A DNA stretch of 64,000 nt from Clostridia bacterium (lineage in GTDB: Bacteria > Bacillota > Clostridia > Christensenellales > CAG-138): positions 7,756-71,755 of the forward strand of contig JAFOTD010000056.1 of assembly GCA_017388175.1 (NCBI GenBank), in the 5' to 3' direction. The position numbers were made by a program, and so were the translations under genes. Shown in pieces: positions 27,725-37,462 of the stretch. The notes beneath the pieces are model-generated. The model saw nothing but the letters and a program-made list of their open reading frames with translations. It had not been told where the DNA came from and ran no database searches. Position 1 is the first letter of the stretch. Each line of letters begins with the position of its first letter.

Positions 27725-30355
27725 GTGTCTAAAAAGTATGTATACCTGTTCAGCGAAGGCAATGCGGATATGCGGAACCTGTTGGGCGGCAAGGGCGCAA
27801 ACCTTGCTGAGATGACCAACCTCGGTCTTCCGGTACCGCAGGGCTTCACTATCACGACCGAAGCGTGCACGCAGTATTATGAGGACGGCCGTACGATCAA
27901 TCCGGAGATCCAGGCAGAAATCATGGAGTATATCGAGAAGATGGAAAAGATCACCGGCAAGAAGTTCGGCGATCTCGAGAATCCGCTTCTGGTCTCCGTT
28001 CGTTCCGGCGCGCGCGCGTCGATGCCGGGCATGATGGATACGATCCTGAACCTCGGTCTTAACGAGCAGGTCGTTGAAGTTATCGCTAAGAAGTCCAACA
28101 ATCCCCGCTGGGCTTGGGACTGCTACAGAAGATTCATCCAGATGTTCTCCGACGTCGTTATGGAAGTCGGCAAGAAGTATTTCGAGGTTCTGATCGACCG
28201 CATGAAGGAACAGAAGGGCGTCAAGCAGGACGTCGACCTTTCCGCGGACGATCTCAGGGAGCTTGCGAATCAGTTCAAGGCAGAATATAAGGAAAAGATC
28301 GGCGAGGACTTCCCGTCCGACCCGAAAGTACAGCTCTTCGAAGCGATCAAGGCCGTTTTCCGTTCCTGGGACAACCCGCGCGCAAACGTCTATCGCCGTG
28401 ACAACGATATCCCGTATTCCTGGGGTACGGCAGTCAACGTGCAGTCTATGGCGTTCGGCAACATGGGTGACGATTGCGGCACCGGCGTTGCGTTCACGCG
28501 TGACCCCGCGACCGGTGAAAAGGGTCTGTTCGGTGAGTTTTTGACCAATGCGCAGGGCGAAGACGTCGTTGCGGGCGTCCGCACCCCGATGCACATTGCA
28601 GAGATGGAACAGAAGTTCCCCGAAGCGTTCGCGCAGTTCAACGAGGTCTGCAAGATCCTCGAAGGTCACTATCGCGACATGCAGGACATGGAGTTCACCG
28701 TTGAGCACGGCAAACTGTACATGCTGCAGACCCGTAACGGCAAGCGTACCGCAAAGGCGGCTCTGAAGATCGCGTGCGATCTCGTCGACGAAGGTATGCG
28801 CACCGAACAGGAAGCGGTTGCGATGATCGATCCGAGAAACCTCGACACGCTGCTCCATCCGCAGTTCGACGCAAAGGCCATCAAGGCGGCGACGCCGGTT
28901 GCGAAGGCGCTCGCGGCGTCTCCCGGCGCGGCATGCGGCAAGATCGTCTTCTCCGCGGAAGACGCAAAGGCGTGGAAAGCCCGCGGCGAAAAAGTCCTGC
29001 TCGTCCGTCTTGAGACGTCTCCCGAGGACATCGAGGGCATGAAGGCTTCGCAGGGCATTCTCACCGTTCGCGGCGGCATGACGTCCCACGCGGCGGTCGT
29101 CGCGCGTGGCATGGGCACCTGCTGCGTCTCCGGCTGCTCTGAGATTGCCATGGATGAAGAAAACAAGCGCTTCACTCTGAAGGGCAAGGAATATCACGAG
29201 GGCGACTGGCTGTCCATCGACGGTTCCACCGGCTGCATCTACGACGGCATCATCCCGACCGTCGACGCGGAGATCGCGGGCGAGTTCGGCCGCATCATGG
29301 GCTGGGCGGACAAGTTCAGAAGACTCAAAGTCCGCACGAACGCCGACACCCCGCGCGACGCGAAGAAAGCGCGCGAGCTCGGCGCGGAGGGTATCGGCCT
29401 CTGCCGCACGGAGCATATGTTCTTTGACGGCGACCGTATCGCAGCGATCCGCGAAATGATCTGCTCCGACACCGTGGAAGAGCGCGAAAACGCACTGAAT
29501 AAGCTCCTGCCGATGCAGCAGGGCGACTTCGAGGCGATCTACGAGGCGATGGAAGGCTATCCGGTCGTCATCCGCTTCCTCGATCCGCCGCTTCATGAGT
29601 TTGTTCCGACCGAAGAGGCCGACATCAAGCTGCTTGCGGAAGCGCAGGGCAAGACCGTCGAACAGATCAAGACGATCATCGCCGGCCTGCACGAGTTCAA
29701 CCCGATGATGGGTCACCGCGGCTGCCGTCTGACCGTTACCTTCCCGGAGATCGCGAAGATGCAGACCAAGGCCGTTATCCGCGCTGCGATCAACGTCCAG
29801 AAGAAGCATCCGGAATGGAACATGGTCCCCGAGATCATGATCCCGCTCGTCGGCGAGCCGAAGGAGTTCCGCTTCGTCAAGAACATCGTCGTGGCTGTTG
29901 CGGACGAAGAGATTAAGGCTTCCGGCATCGACCTCAAGTATGAAGTCGGTACGATGATCGAGATTCCGCGCGCGTGCCTCACGGCCGATGAGATCGCGAA
30001 GGATGCAGAGTTCTTCTGCTTCGGCACCAACGACCTGACCCAGATGACGTTCGGCTTCAGCCGTGACGACGCGGGCAAGTTCCTTTCCGCATACTATGAC
30101 ACCAAGATCTATGAGTCCGATCCGTTCGCGCGTCTCGACCAGAACGGCGTCGGCAAGCTCATGAAGATGGCTGTCAAGCTCGGCAAGGAAGCGCGTCCGA
30201 CCCTCGAGCTCGGTATCTGCGGCGAACACGGCGGCGATCCGTCGTCCGTCGAATTCTGCCATGAGATCGGCCTCGACTACGTGTCCTGCTCGCCGTTCCG
30301 CGTACCGATCGCTCGTCTTGCCGCCGCGCAGGCCGCAATCAAGGACGCTAAATAA
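27725..30355 (+). CDS. ppdK: Pyruvate, phosphate dikinase
   Basis: LGGKGANLAEM, SVRSGARASMPGMMDTILNLG, GGMTSHAAVVARG (phospho-His), FGTNDLTQ, GICGEHGGDP. Confidence 0.99.
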   Translation: MSKKYVYLFSEGNADMRNLLGGKGANLAEMTNLGLPVPQGFTITTEACTQYYEDGRTINPEIQAEIMEYIEKMEKITGKKFGDLENPLLVSVRSGARASMPGMMDTILNLGLNEQVVEVIAKKSNNPRWAWDCYRRFIQMFSDVVMEVGKKYFEVLIDRMKEQKGVKQDVDLSADDLRELANQFKAEYKEKIGEDFPSDPKVQLFEAIKAVFRSWDNPRANVYRRDNDIPYSWGTAVNVQSMAFGNMGDDCGTGVAFTRDPATGEKGLFGEFLTNAQGEDVVAGVRTPMHIAEMEQKFPEAFAQFNEVCKILEGHYRDMQDMEFTVEHGKLYMLQTRNGKRTAKAALKIACDLVDEGMRTEQEAVAMIDPRNLDTLLHPQFDAKAIKAATPVAKALAASPGAACGKIVFSAEDAKAWKARGEKVLLVRLETSPEDIEGMKASQGILTVRGGMTSHAAVVARGMGTCCVSGCSEIAMDEENKRFTLKGKEYHEGDWLSIDGSTGCIYDGIIPTVDAEIAGEFGRIMGWADKFRRLKVRTNADTPRDAKKARELGAEGIGLCRTEHMFFDGDRIAAIREMICSDTVEERENALNKLLPMQQGDFEAIYEAMEGYPVVIRFLDPPLHEFVPTEEADIKLLAEAQGKTVEQIKTIIAGLHEFNPMMGHRGCRLTVTFPEIAKMQTKAVIRAAINVQKKHPEWNMVPEIMIPLVGEPKEFRFVKNIVVAVADEEIKASGIDLKYEVGTMIEIPRACLTADEIAKDAEFFCFGTNDLTQMTFGFSRDDAGKFLSAYYDTKIYESDPFARLDQNGVGKLMKMAVKLGKEARPTLELGICGEHGGDPSSVEFCHEIGLDYVSCSPFRVPIARLAAAQAAIKDAK

Positions 30356-30374
30356 TCATCCCATCCGACCATTC

Positions 30375-30407
30375 AATGATCCCTCGGTTTCCCGGGGGAT
30401 CATTTTT
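30375..30407 (+). terminator. ppdK terminator
   Basis: aatgatccctcgg-tttc-ccgggggatcatt followed by ttt. Confidence 0.85.
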
Positions 30408-30485
30408 CTGTTTCGGAAGCATTGTTTTGTCGTTCGTATCATGTTATAATATGTTGATATATCATCTGAAAGAGAGCTGCGGCAT

Positions 30486-32519
30486 ATGAGAAAAACATTG
30501 TCCATTGCACTTGCGTTCCTTTTCTGCATCACGTTGTTTGCGAGAACGCCGATGCGCGCACAGGCGGACGACCGGTATCTGGAGATCAACGAAACCAATT
30601 TCCCGGATGCTGCTTTCCGCCAATGGATCATTGACAATCTGGAAGTCAGCGGCGACGAAGAGACCGGCTATTATATGACCGAGGCGCAGGTCGGGAGTGT
30701 GATGCAAGTCAGCTGCCCCGACTGCGGCATTGCTTCGCTGACTGGCATAGAGTACTTTACCGCAATGAATCGACTCGCTTGCAGGAATAACAAACTGATC
30801 GCGCTGAATCTCAGCAGCAATACGGCGCTTGTTTACCTCGACTGCTCGCACAATGAAATACGGTCGCTTGATGTCGGCAGCAATACAAAACTGAAGTGGC
30901 TGTATTGCCATTTTAATCAGCTGCAAACGCTTGACGTGAGCAGCAATACGGCGCTTGATACGCTTAACTGCGGAAGCAATAACCTGACAACCCTGAATCT
31001 TGCAAACAACACAGAACTCACTCATCTGCAGTGCTATACAAACCGACTGACGAATCTGGACGTCGATACCAATACAAAACTGGAATACTTTGCATGTAAC
31101 GATAATACGCTGACTGATCTGGACGTGAGCAAAAACACGGCGCTCACGTATCTTTTATGCCAACATAATCACATTCAGTCGCTGAGCCTGGACAAGAATA
31201 CGGCGCTTACGTGGATCAACTGCTACGGCAACGAGCTGAATTCTCTGGATGTAACAAAGAATACGGCATTGCAGACACTGAACGCCGGGGGCAATCATCT
31301 TTGCACCTTGAATGTCAGCAAGAATACGGAACTGACGCAATTTTTCGCAAGCGGTCAGACAGTCCTGAACCAATCGGGGAAGAACACGAACGGAACGTAC
31401 ACCTTTGATATGTCGAAACTCATGTCGAAGAACGAACAAAAACTCGTCAGCTTCCCGGATACATCGATTACGATGAACAGCGCAGGGATCGTGAAGCTCC
31501 CGGGGGAAGTGGAATCCTTCTCCTATCGGTACAATGCGTCAGGCGACCCGAGCAACGGCGATATCGAGCTTCCGGAGCTTCCTGTGTCCGTACACGACGC
31601 GGAGGACGAGGACTTCATGCTCGACGTTACGGTTTATCTGACCTATGAATCGCTGCCCGCGTTTGACGGCACCGTCGAATGGAACAACGAGGATGTGGAG
31701 TACAACGGCAAGACGCCGTACGTGATCGCAAACGGTATGGACCAAACGCCGCGGTTCACCGTTAAAACCGCGGACGGTAAGACGGTAGGCGCGTCGCATT
31801 ATACCTATCAATACCGCGAGAACAAGAATGCCGGCACCGCTTACGTGATCATCACGTTCAAGGACATCTACAGCGGCACGGCACGCGGCTGGTTTAAGAT
31901 CTATCTGCCAGCTACTGACTATACCATGGTTGAGAACAGGGAGGATGGCGTCTATCTTGAATGGAAACCGGTCGAGGGCGCGGACGGATACGTGATCTAC
32001 CGCAGAGCGTGGAACCTGCAGAGCGCGGGCTGGACGAGCTTTGTGCGGTGGAACAACACGAAGGACCTCCATTGGACGGACAAGACGGTTTATGCCGGGA
32101 CGCGGTATCAGTATGGCATAAAGGCGTACTTCGACCGCAGGGTCGATCCGGTCAGCGGCGCGGAGATCGGCGGCAATGTCGGCGACAACTATAACCTCGG
32201 ACAGGTCGGTCCGCTGAAAACGACTGTGCGCATCACGACCCGAACGCTGAACAGCGTGACGGGCGGATCGAAACAGATTACTGTGAAGTGGTCCGGTTCG
32301 AACAAGTTCACCGGATACGAAATCCAGATCGCCACCGACGCTGCATTCACTAAGAACGTAAAGACGGTGACGATCACGAACGCCGCTGCCTACGAGACAA
32401 CGATCAAGAGCCTGAAGGCGAAAACGACCTATTATGTGCGGGTTCGCTCGTATCACGTCTTCGAGGGCATGACCTATTACGGCGGATGGTCGAACGTGAA
32501 GAACGCAAAAACCAGGTAA
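30486..32519 (+). CDS. Secreted leucine-rich repeat surface protein with C-terminal Ig-like/fibronectin type III domains
   Basis: Signal peptide; INETNFPD.AFR cap; about 9-10 repeats of 21 aa (LDVS.NTAL..L.C..N.L..); FN3 motifs L.WKPVEGADGY.IYR and ITVKW...TGYEIQIA...LKAKTTYYVRVRSY. Confidence 0.88.
   Translation: MRKTLSIALAFLFCITLFARTPMRAQADDRYLEINETNFPDAAFRQWIIDNLEVSGDEETGYYMTEAQVGSVMQVSCPDCGIASLTGIEYFTAMNRLACRNNKLIALNLSSNTALVYLDCSHNEIRSLDVGSNTKLKWLYCHFNQLQTLDVSSNTALDTLNCGSNNLTTLNLANNTELTHLQCYTNRLTNLDVDTNTKLEYFACNDNTLTDLDVSKNTALTYLLCQHNHIQSLSLDKNTALTWINCYGNELNSLDVTKNTALQTLNAGGNHLCTLNVSKNTELTQFFASGQTVLNQSGKNTNGTYTFDMSKLMSKNEQKLVSFPDTSITMNSAGIVKLPGEVESFSYRYNASGDPSNGDIELPELPVSVHDAEDEDFMLDVTVYLTYESLPAFDGTVEWNNEDVEYNGKTPYVIANGMDQTPRFTVKTADGKTVGASHYTYQYRENKNAGTAYVIITFKDIYSGTARGWFKIYLPATDYTMVENREDGVYLEWKPVEGADGYVIYRRAWNLQSAGWTSFVRWNNTKDLHWTDKTVYAGTRYQYGIKAYFDRRVDPVSGAEIGGNVGDNYNLGQVGPLKTTVRITTRTLNSVTGGSKQITVKWSGSNKFTGYEIQIATDAAFTKNVKTVTITNAAAYETTIKSLKAKTTYYVRVRSYHVFEGMTYYGGWSNVKNAKTR
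30770..31345 (+). repeat. Degenerate 63-bp coding tandem repeat (LRR units)
   Basis: Recurrent gacgtgagca..aatacggcgct-like words at 63-nt spacing, matching the 21-aa LRR period. Confidence 0.7.
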
Positions 32520-32532
32520 GCAATCAGGATTC

Positions 32533-32561
32533 AGAAGCTCCGCGGCATTGCGGAGCTTTTT
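32533..32561 (+). terminator. Terminator after the LRR gene
   Basis: agaagctccgc...gcggagcttttt. Confidence 0.8.
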
Positions 32562-32602
32562 GAACGCTTGCAAAACGATACGGAATGTGGTAAGGTATAT
32601 TC

Positions 32603-33910
32603 ATGGATTTATGCGCAAAAGGTCAACCGATCACATTTGTGGAACACGGTACACCTGCCGAAAAAGCAGGCGTACAGTGCGGCGACGTCCTTTTCCGCAT
32701 CAATGATTCGCCCGTCCTCGATCTCATTGATTATGAAGCTCTGACAGCACAACGCGCTTTGAAGCTCGATCTTGAACGAGAAGGGAAGCCGCTTTCGATC
32801 GTTCTCAGAAAGGGCGAATACGAACCGCTCGGGCTGTGCTTTGAAACGACGCTGATGAGCCGGATGATGACGTGCCGAAACCACTGCCTGTTCTGCTTCA
32901 TCGATCAGATGCCGAAGGGCGTCCGAAGCAGTCTGAACGTCAAGGACGACGACTGGCGCATGTCGTTCATCATGGGCAATTATGTGACGCTGACGAACGT
33001 TTCCGACGCTGAATTTGCCCGCGTCATCGAACGCCGCGTAAGCCCTCTGTACGTTTCGGTTCACGCGACCGATCCCGCAGTCCGAACGAAGATTATGCGT
33101 AATCCGACAGCCGGACGCATCATGGAACGGCTGACCGCGCTGAAGGACGCCGGGTTGCTTTTTCATGCGCAGATCGTTCTGTGCCGGGATCTGAATGACG
33201 GGGAGATCCTTGAACGAACTTTATCCGATCTGTCCTCTCTTGCGCCATCGTGCGCTTCGATCGCGATCGTACCTGTCGGCGTCACGAAGTACCGAGAGGG
33301 ACTGCCCGAGCTCGGAACGTTCGATAAGACGCAGAGCCGCGACGTGATCGACCGGATCGAGCCGCTGCAGGAGCAATATCTAAAGCAGTTTGGAACGAGG
33401 CTCGTTTTTCTGTCGGACGAATGGTATCTGAACGCGGACCGGACGCTTCCCGAACCCGATGCGTATGAGGGATACGATCAGATTGAAAACGGCGTCGGTC
33501 TTCTCCGCATGTTCGAAGAGGACTTCCGATACGCGCTTTCGGAGCGAAAACCGCTGTCTGGCAAACGCTGTGTTTCGATTGCGGGCGGAACGGCGGCGTA
33601 TCCGTTCTTCCGGGAACTGTATCGCGATCTTGCATCGTACGGCGTCGAAACGGATCTGCATCCGATCCCGAATCTGTGGTTCGGCGGGAACGTACATGTT
33701 GCGGGACTGGTGACCGGAAGCGACCTTGTTGCCGCCCTTTTCGGGAAACCGTTGTCCGATCCGCTGCTGATTCCGAAAAACATGCTGCGGGAGACGGAGG
33801 ACGTGTTTTTAGACGGCATGACGCTTTCGGACGTCGAAGCAAAGCTGGGCGTAAGGATCCGCACATTTTCGGACGGAACGGAACTCATTTCGTGTTTATT
33901 TGAGGAGTAA
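32603..33910 (+). CDS. PDZ plus radical-SAM-like DUF512 protein
   Basis: N-terminal PDZ-like region (TPAEKAGV..GD), CRNHCLFC (CxxxCxxC), FIDQMPKG.R.SL..KDDD.R.SF..GNYVTLTN, QIENGVG; upstream of der. Confidence 0.9.
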   Translation: MDLCAKGQPITFVEHGTPAEKAGVQCGDVLFRINDSPVLDLIDYEALTAQRALKLDLEREGKPLSIVLRKGEYEPLGLCFETTLMSRMMTCRNHCLFCFIDQMPKGVRSSLNVKDDDWRMSFIMGNYVTLTNVSDAEFARVIERRVSPLYVSVHATDPAVRTKIMRNPTAGRIMERLTALKDAGLLFHAQIVLCRDLNDGEILERTLSDLSSLAPSCASIAIVPVGVTKYREGLPELGTFDKTQSRDVIDRIEPLQEQYLKQFGTRLVFLSDEWYLNADRTLPEPDAYEGYDQIENGVGLLRMFEEDFRYALSERKPLSGKRCVSIAGGTAAYPFFRELYRDLASYGVETDLHPIPNLWFGGNVHVAGLVTGSDLVAALFGKPLSDPLLIPKNMLRETEDVFLDGMTLSDVEAKLGVRIRTFSDGTELISCLFEE

Positions 33911-33913
33911 ACT

Positions 33914-35236
33914 ATGTCAAAACCTTTGGTAGCAATTGTCGGCAGACCGAACGTCGGCAAATCCACGCTTTTTAACAGACTGATCGGAAAGCGTGTTTCG
34001 ATCGTGGAAGACACGCCCGGTGTCACACGCGACCGGATTTACGGCGATGCGGAATGGCTGAATCATAAATTTACGCTGATTGACACCGGCGGTATTGAGC
34101 CGGCGAGCGAGGATCAGATCGCCGTGCAGATGCGCCGCCAGGCGGAGCTTGCTGTGGAAACGGCGGACGTGATCATCTTTTTGACCGACGGACGCGATGG
34201 GATGACTGCGGCGGACAGAGAGGTTGCGGCAATGCTCAGAAAATCGAGCAAACCTGTCGTACTCGCCGTCAACAAGCTCGACGCGCCGAAGTATCATGAA
34301 GCGATCTGGGAGTTTTATGAGCTTGGGCTGGGCGATCCGTTTATCCTGTCCGGCGGGCAGGGGATCGGACTCGGTGATCTTTTGGAAGCCGTTTGCAGTT
34401 ACTTTCCGAAGACGGAAGAGGCGGAGGAGAACGCGCGTATTCACATTGCGATCGTCGGCAAGCCGAACGTGGGCAAATCGAGTCTGACCAACGCAATACT
34501 GGGAGAGGAGCGCGTGATTGTATCCGACGTACCCGGTACGACGCGCGACGCGATCGACACCCCGTTTGAAAAGAACGGACGACAGTACGTTCTGATCGAC
34601 ACCGCAGGCATTCGCCGTAAACGCGCCATCGAGGATGAAAGCATTGAACGGTACAGCGTAATTCGTTCGCTAGCGGCCGTCCGGCGCGCCGACGTTGTTC
34701 TGTTTGTGTGCGATGCGGAGCAGGGGCTCTCCGAACAGGACGTTAAGATTGCGGGTTTTGTACACGAGGAAGGGAAGCCGTCGATCGTTATCGTCAACAA
34801 GTGGGATCTGATTGAAAAGGATACGCATACGATGGACCGGTTCAAAAAGGACATGGAAACCGATCTGGCGTTCATGAACTACGTACCGTTCCTGTTTATC
34901 AGCGCAAAGAGCGGACAGCGCGTGCATAAAGTGCTTGAGAACGTTGAAGAGGTTTACGCGCAAAGCATTCGCCGCATTGCGACCGGCATGTTAAACGACG
35001 TACTGAACGAGGCGGTCTCCATGGCGGAACCGCCCGCGCAGAACGGCAGACGGCTGAAGCTCTTTTATGCCACGCAGGTTGCGATTCAGCCGCCGACGTT
35101 CGTGATCTTTGTCAATGACTCGACGCTCGTACATTTCTCGTATGAGAGGTACCTTGAGAACTATTTCAGAAAGACCTTCGGCTTTTCGGGAACGCCGATC
35201 CGTATTTTGTTCCGCAATCGGACAAGGGAGGAGTAA
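33914..35236 (+). CDS. der: Ribosome biogenesis GTPase Der (EngA)
   Basis: Two G domains (GRPNVGKS and GKPNVGKS), PPTFV.FVN, GTPI. Confidence 0.98.
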   Translation: MSKPLVAIVGRPNVGKSTLFNRLIGKRVSIVEDTPGVTRDRIYGDAEWLNHKFTLIDTGGIEPASEDQIAVQMRRQAELAVETADVIIFLTDGRDGMTAADREVAAMLRKSSKPVVLAVNKLDAPKYHEAIWEFYELGLGDPFILSGGQGIGLGDLLEAVCSYFPKTEEAEENARIHIAIVGKPNVGKSSLTNAILGEERVIVSDVPGTTRDAIDTPFEKNGRQYVLIDTAGIRRKRAIEDESIERYSVIRSLAAVRRADVVLFVCDAEQGLSEQDVKIAGFVHEEGKPSIVIVNKWDLIEKDTHTMDRFKKDMETDLAFMNYVPFLFISAKSGQRVHKVLENVEEVYAQSIRRIATGMLNDVLNEAVSMAEPPAQNGRRLKLFYATQVAIQPPTFVIFVNDSTLVHFSYERYLENYFRKTFGFSGTPIRILFRNRTREE

Positions 35237-35245
35237 CGATCCGTC

Positions 35246-35911
35246 ATGATCGGAGATTGGAACGCAGCGGCGATTTGCATCGTAGCGATCGTCGGTTATC
35301 TGATCGGTAATATGCAGACGGCGCTGATCATCAGCCGTCTGAGATTTCGCGATGACGTGCGCCTGTACGGCAGCGGTAACGCGGGAACGACAAACATGGT
35401 CCGCGTATACGGAAAGTATTACGGGCTTTTGACGTTTATCGGCGACGCGGGAAAGTGCGTAGCGGGGTTTTTCCTCGGACGGTGGCTCGGTCAGGCGCTC
35501 GGCATTCATCTCGATGATCCCGCCGTCTCAACGCTGCTGGGCGGCTATATCGCAAGCGCGTGCGTTGTGCTGGGGCATTGCTATCCCGTTTTGTTTCAGT
35601 TTCGAGGCGGAAAGGGCGCCGCAAGCGCGTACGCAATGACGTGGTGCCTTTGCTGGCAGGCGGCGCTCGTTTCTACCGTGATCGCGATCGTGATCTTTTT
35701 GATTTGGAAGCGCGTTTCTCTCGTATCGGTCCTGACCGCGATTTCGTATCTGATCGGCACGTATATCGTCTGGGCAACGGGAAACGCCGATATCTATCTG
35801 ATGTTCTTTGTTACGCCGGTCGTGCTTCTGGTGCTCATCCGGCATAAAGAGAATATCAAACGACTCCTGCGCGGGGAAGAAAAGGTCATTTCCTCGGGCG
35901 ACAAGCACTAA
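35246..35911 (+). CDS. plsY: Glycerol-3-phosphate acyltransferase PlsY
   Basis: GSGNAGTTN..R, GHCYPV...FRGGKG, RH.ENI.RL..G.E; follows der. Confidence 0.93.
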   Translation: MIGDWNAAAICIVAIVGYLIGNMQTALIISRLRFRDDVRLYGSGNAGTTNMVRVYGKYYGLLTFIGDAGKCVAGFFLGRWLGQALGIHLDDPAVSTLLGGYIASACVVLGHCYPVLFQFRGGKGAASAYAMTWCLCWQAALVSTVIAIVIFLIWKRVSLVSVLTAISYLIGTYIVWATGNADIYLMFFVTPVVLLVLIRHKENIKRLLRGEEKVISSGDKH

Positions 35912-36612
35912 TCCCGCATCCTGTTTCTGAGCTGAGACAGGATTTTCTTTTCAAGGCGCGAAACCTGCACCTGTGAAACGCCGAGTATTCTGCCTACTTC
36001 AGACTGTGATTTTTCCTCGCGGTATCGCAATCGCACAAGCGTACGCTCGCGCTCCGAGAGCGATTCGAGCGCAGCGTTCAGAGAAAGCTTGCTGACGGAT
36101 TTTTCTTCCTCACTGTCCGTTCCGATCCGATCGAACCGGCTTCCGCTTCCGTCGGGAAGGGGCTCGTCGAGCGATGCAATCGGCGAATCGCTTGCGAAAG
36201 CCGCGGCAAGTTCTTCCCGCGATACGTTCAGCTTCTTCGATAGCGTATCAATCGTCAGGTCTGGATCTTCCGTGATTGCCTGACGGATTCGGGACGCGAG
36301 TGCTTTTGCGCTTCGGGAAAACTTGATGATGCCGTCATCCCGTAAGAATCTCCGAATCTCGCCCGCGATCAAAGGGACGGCATACGTGGAAAAGCAGACG
36401 TTATAAGAGACGTCAAATCGCCGGATTGCTTTTAAAAGCCCGATCGAACCGAGTTGCCTGAGATCGTCCGGGTCAACGCCGCCGCCCTGATACCGCTTCG
36501 CAATCGCCGCTACGAGCGGGATGTTTTCTTCCAGAAGGAGCCGCTCCGCTTCTTCGTCGCCGTTCTGTGCCTGCTTGATCCGCGCAATAAAATCTTCACG
36601 ATCTGTTTGCAT
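35908..36612 (-). CDS. sigF: Forespore sigma factor SigF
   Basis: AQNGD..A...L.EEN..LV, DDL.QLGSIGLLKAI.RFD, FSTYAVP.I.GEIRRFLRDDG.IK.SR, SQ.EV...LGVSQVQVSRLEKKIL; third gene of the spoIIA operon. Confidence 0.92.
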   Translation of the reverse strand: MQTDREDFIARIKQAQNGDEEAERLLLEENIPLVAAIAKRYQGGGVDPDDLRQLGSIGLLKAIRRFDVSYNVCFSTYAVPLIAGEIRRFLRDDGIIKFSRSAKALASRIRQAITEDPDLTIDTLSKKLNVSREELAAAFASDSPIASLDEPLPDGSGSRFDRIGTDSEEEKSVSKLSLNAALESLSERERTLVRLRYREEKSQSEVGRILGVSQVQVSRLEKKILSQLRNRMRD

Positions 36613-37030
36613 GCTTGATGCGCTTACGCATGATGACGACGGTACCCTGTCCGACATTCGATTCCACGTCCACGGAATCCATAAACGCTTCCATGACGGA
36701 GAATCCCATGCCGGAACGCTCCAGTTCCGGTTTCGAAGTATAAAACGGCTTTCGCGCAAGTTCGATATCGTCGATTCCGCAGCCGTCGTCTCGAACGATA
36801 ATGGTCAGGTCATCGTCCTCAATTTCCATTTGCATCGTTACGATTCGGTCACGGCTCTGATCGTAGCCGTGAATGATGGCGTTCGTAACAGCTTCGGAAA
36901 CAGCTGTGCGGATATCGGACAGCTCTTCAATCCCGGGATTTAACTGCGCGGCGAATGCGGCGGCTGCGGCACGGGCAAAACCTTCGTTGCCGGACAAGGA
37001 AAGAAATCGGATTTCCATTTCGTTATGCAT
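36596..37030 (-). CDS. spoIIAB: Anti-sigma F factor
   Basis: NEGFAR, AVSEAVTNAIIHGY, ERSGMGF.VMEAFMD. Confidence 0.96.
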   Translation of the reverse strand: MHNEMEIRFLSLSGNEGFARAAAAAFAAQLNPGIEELSDIRTAVSEAVTNAIIHGYDQSRDRIVTMQMEIEDDDLTIIVRDDGCGIDDIELARKPFYTSKPELERSGMGFSVMEAFMDSVDVESNVGQGTVVIMRKRIKHANRS

Positions 37031-37041
37031 TGCGTGCCTCC

Positions 37042-37347
37042 TTACTGCCTTTCCACAATTGCGTACAGTCCCGACATCTGAAAGATCCGGTCAATCGACG
37101 CGTTCATACCTTTCACAACGAGTTTTCCGCCTCGCATCGAGAGCTTTCGAAACCTGCCCAGAACGACGCCGAGACCTGCGCTGTCCATAAAGGTCATGCC
37201 CGACAGATCCAGAACAAGCTCGTTTACCGTGACGTCGCGAAGCAGCGTATCGAGCATGATCCTCGTTTGTTCTGCGCTGTGATGATCCAATTCGCCCGAT
37301 AACTTTACCAATAAGCGCGGGCCGCGCTTTTGAGCGTTCAATTCCAT
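37042..37347 (-). CDS. spoIIAA: Anti-anti-sigma F factor
   Basis: L.GELDHHSAE, FMDSAGLGVVLGR, IFQMSGL. Confidence 0.96.
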   Translation of the reverse strand: MELNAQKRGPRLLVKLSGELDHHSAEQTRIMLDTLLRDVTVNELVLDLSGMTFMDSAGLGVVLGRFRKLSMRGGKLVVKGMNASIDRIFQMSGLYAIVERQ

Positions 37348-37377
37348 AGTTCCACCTCCGATTCTCGTTCAAATATA

Positions 37378-37452
37378 AATACGCCGTATATGGTTTGCAT
37401 CCTTTTGAGAAATCGGACAAGCTTTGCAGGATGAACGCTTGTTCTGTCGAAT
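37378..37452. promoter_or_regulatory. Divergent SigH-like promoters and a Spo0A box
   Basis: + strand gcAGGA-17 nt-GAAT (37428-37452); - strand aaAGGA-17 nt-GTAT towards spoIIAA; TGTCGAA at 37445-37451. Confidence 0.6.
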
Positions 37453-37462
37453 AGAATTTCGC

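Noticed and set aside
27722-30262. 846-aa antisense ORF opposite ppdK
   Set aside because: It mirrors ppdK codon for codon. Strong codon bias (few TTA/CTA/TCA codons) removes antisense stops; no motifs or RBS.
30770-31345. Periodic repeats as a possible CRISPR array or DGR template
   Set aside because: The 63-bp degenerate units are in frame and encode LRRs; there are no unique spacers, cas genes or reverse transcriptase.
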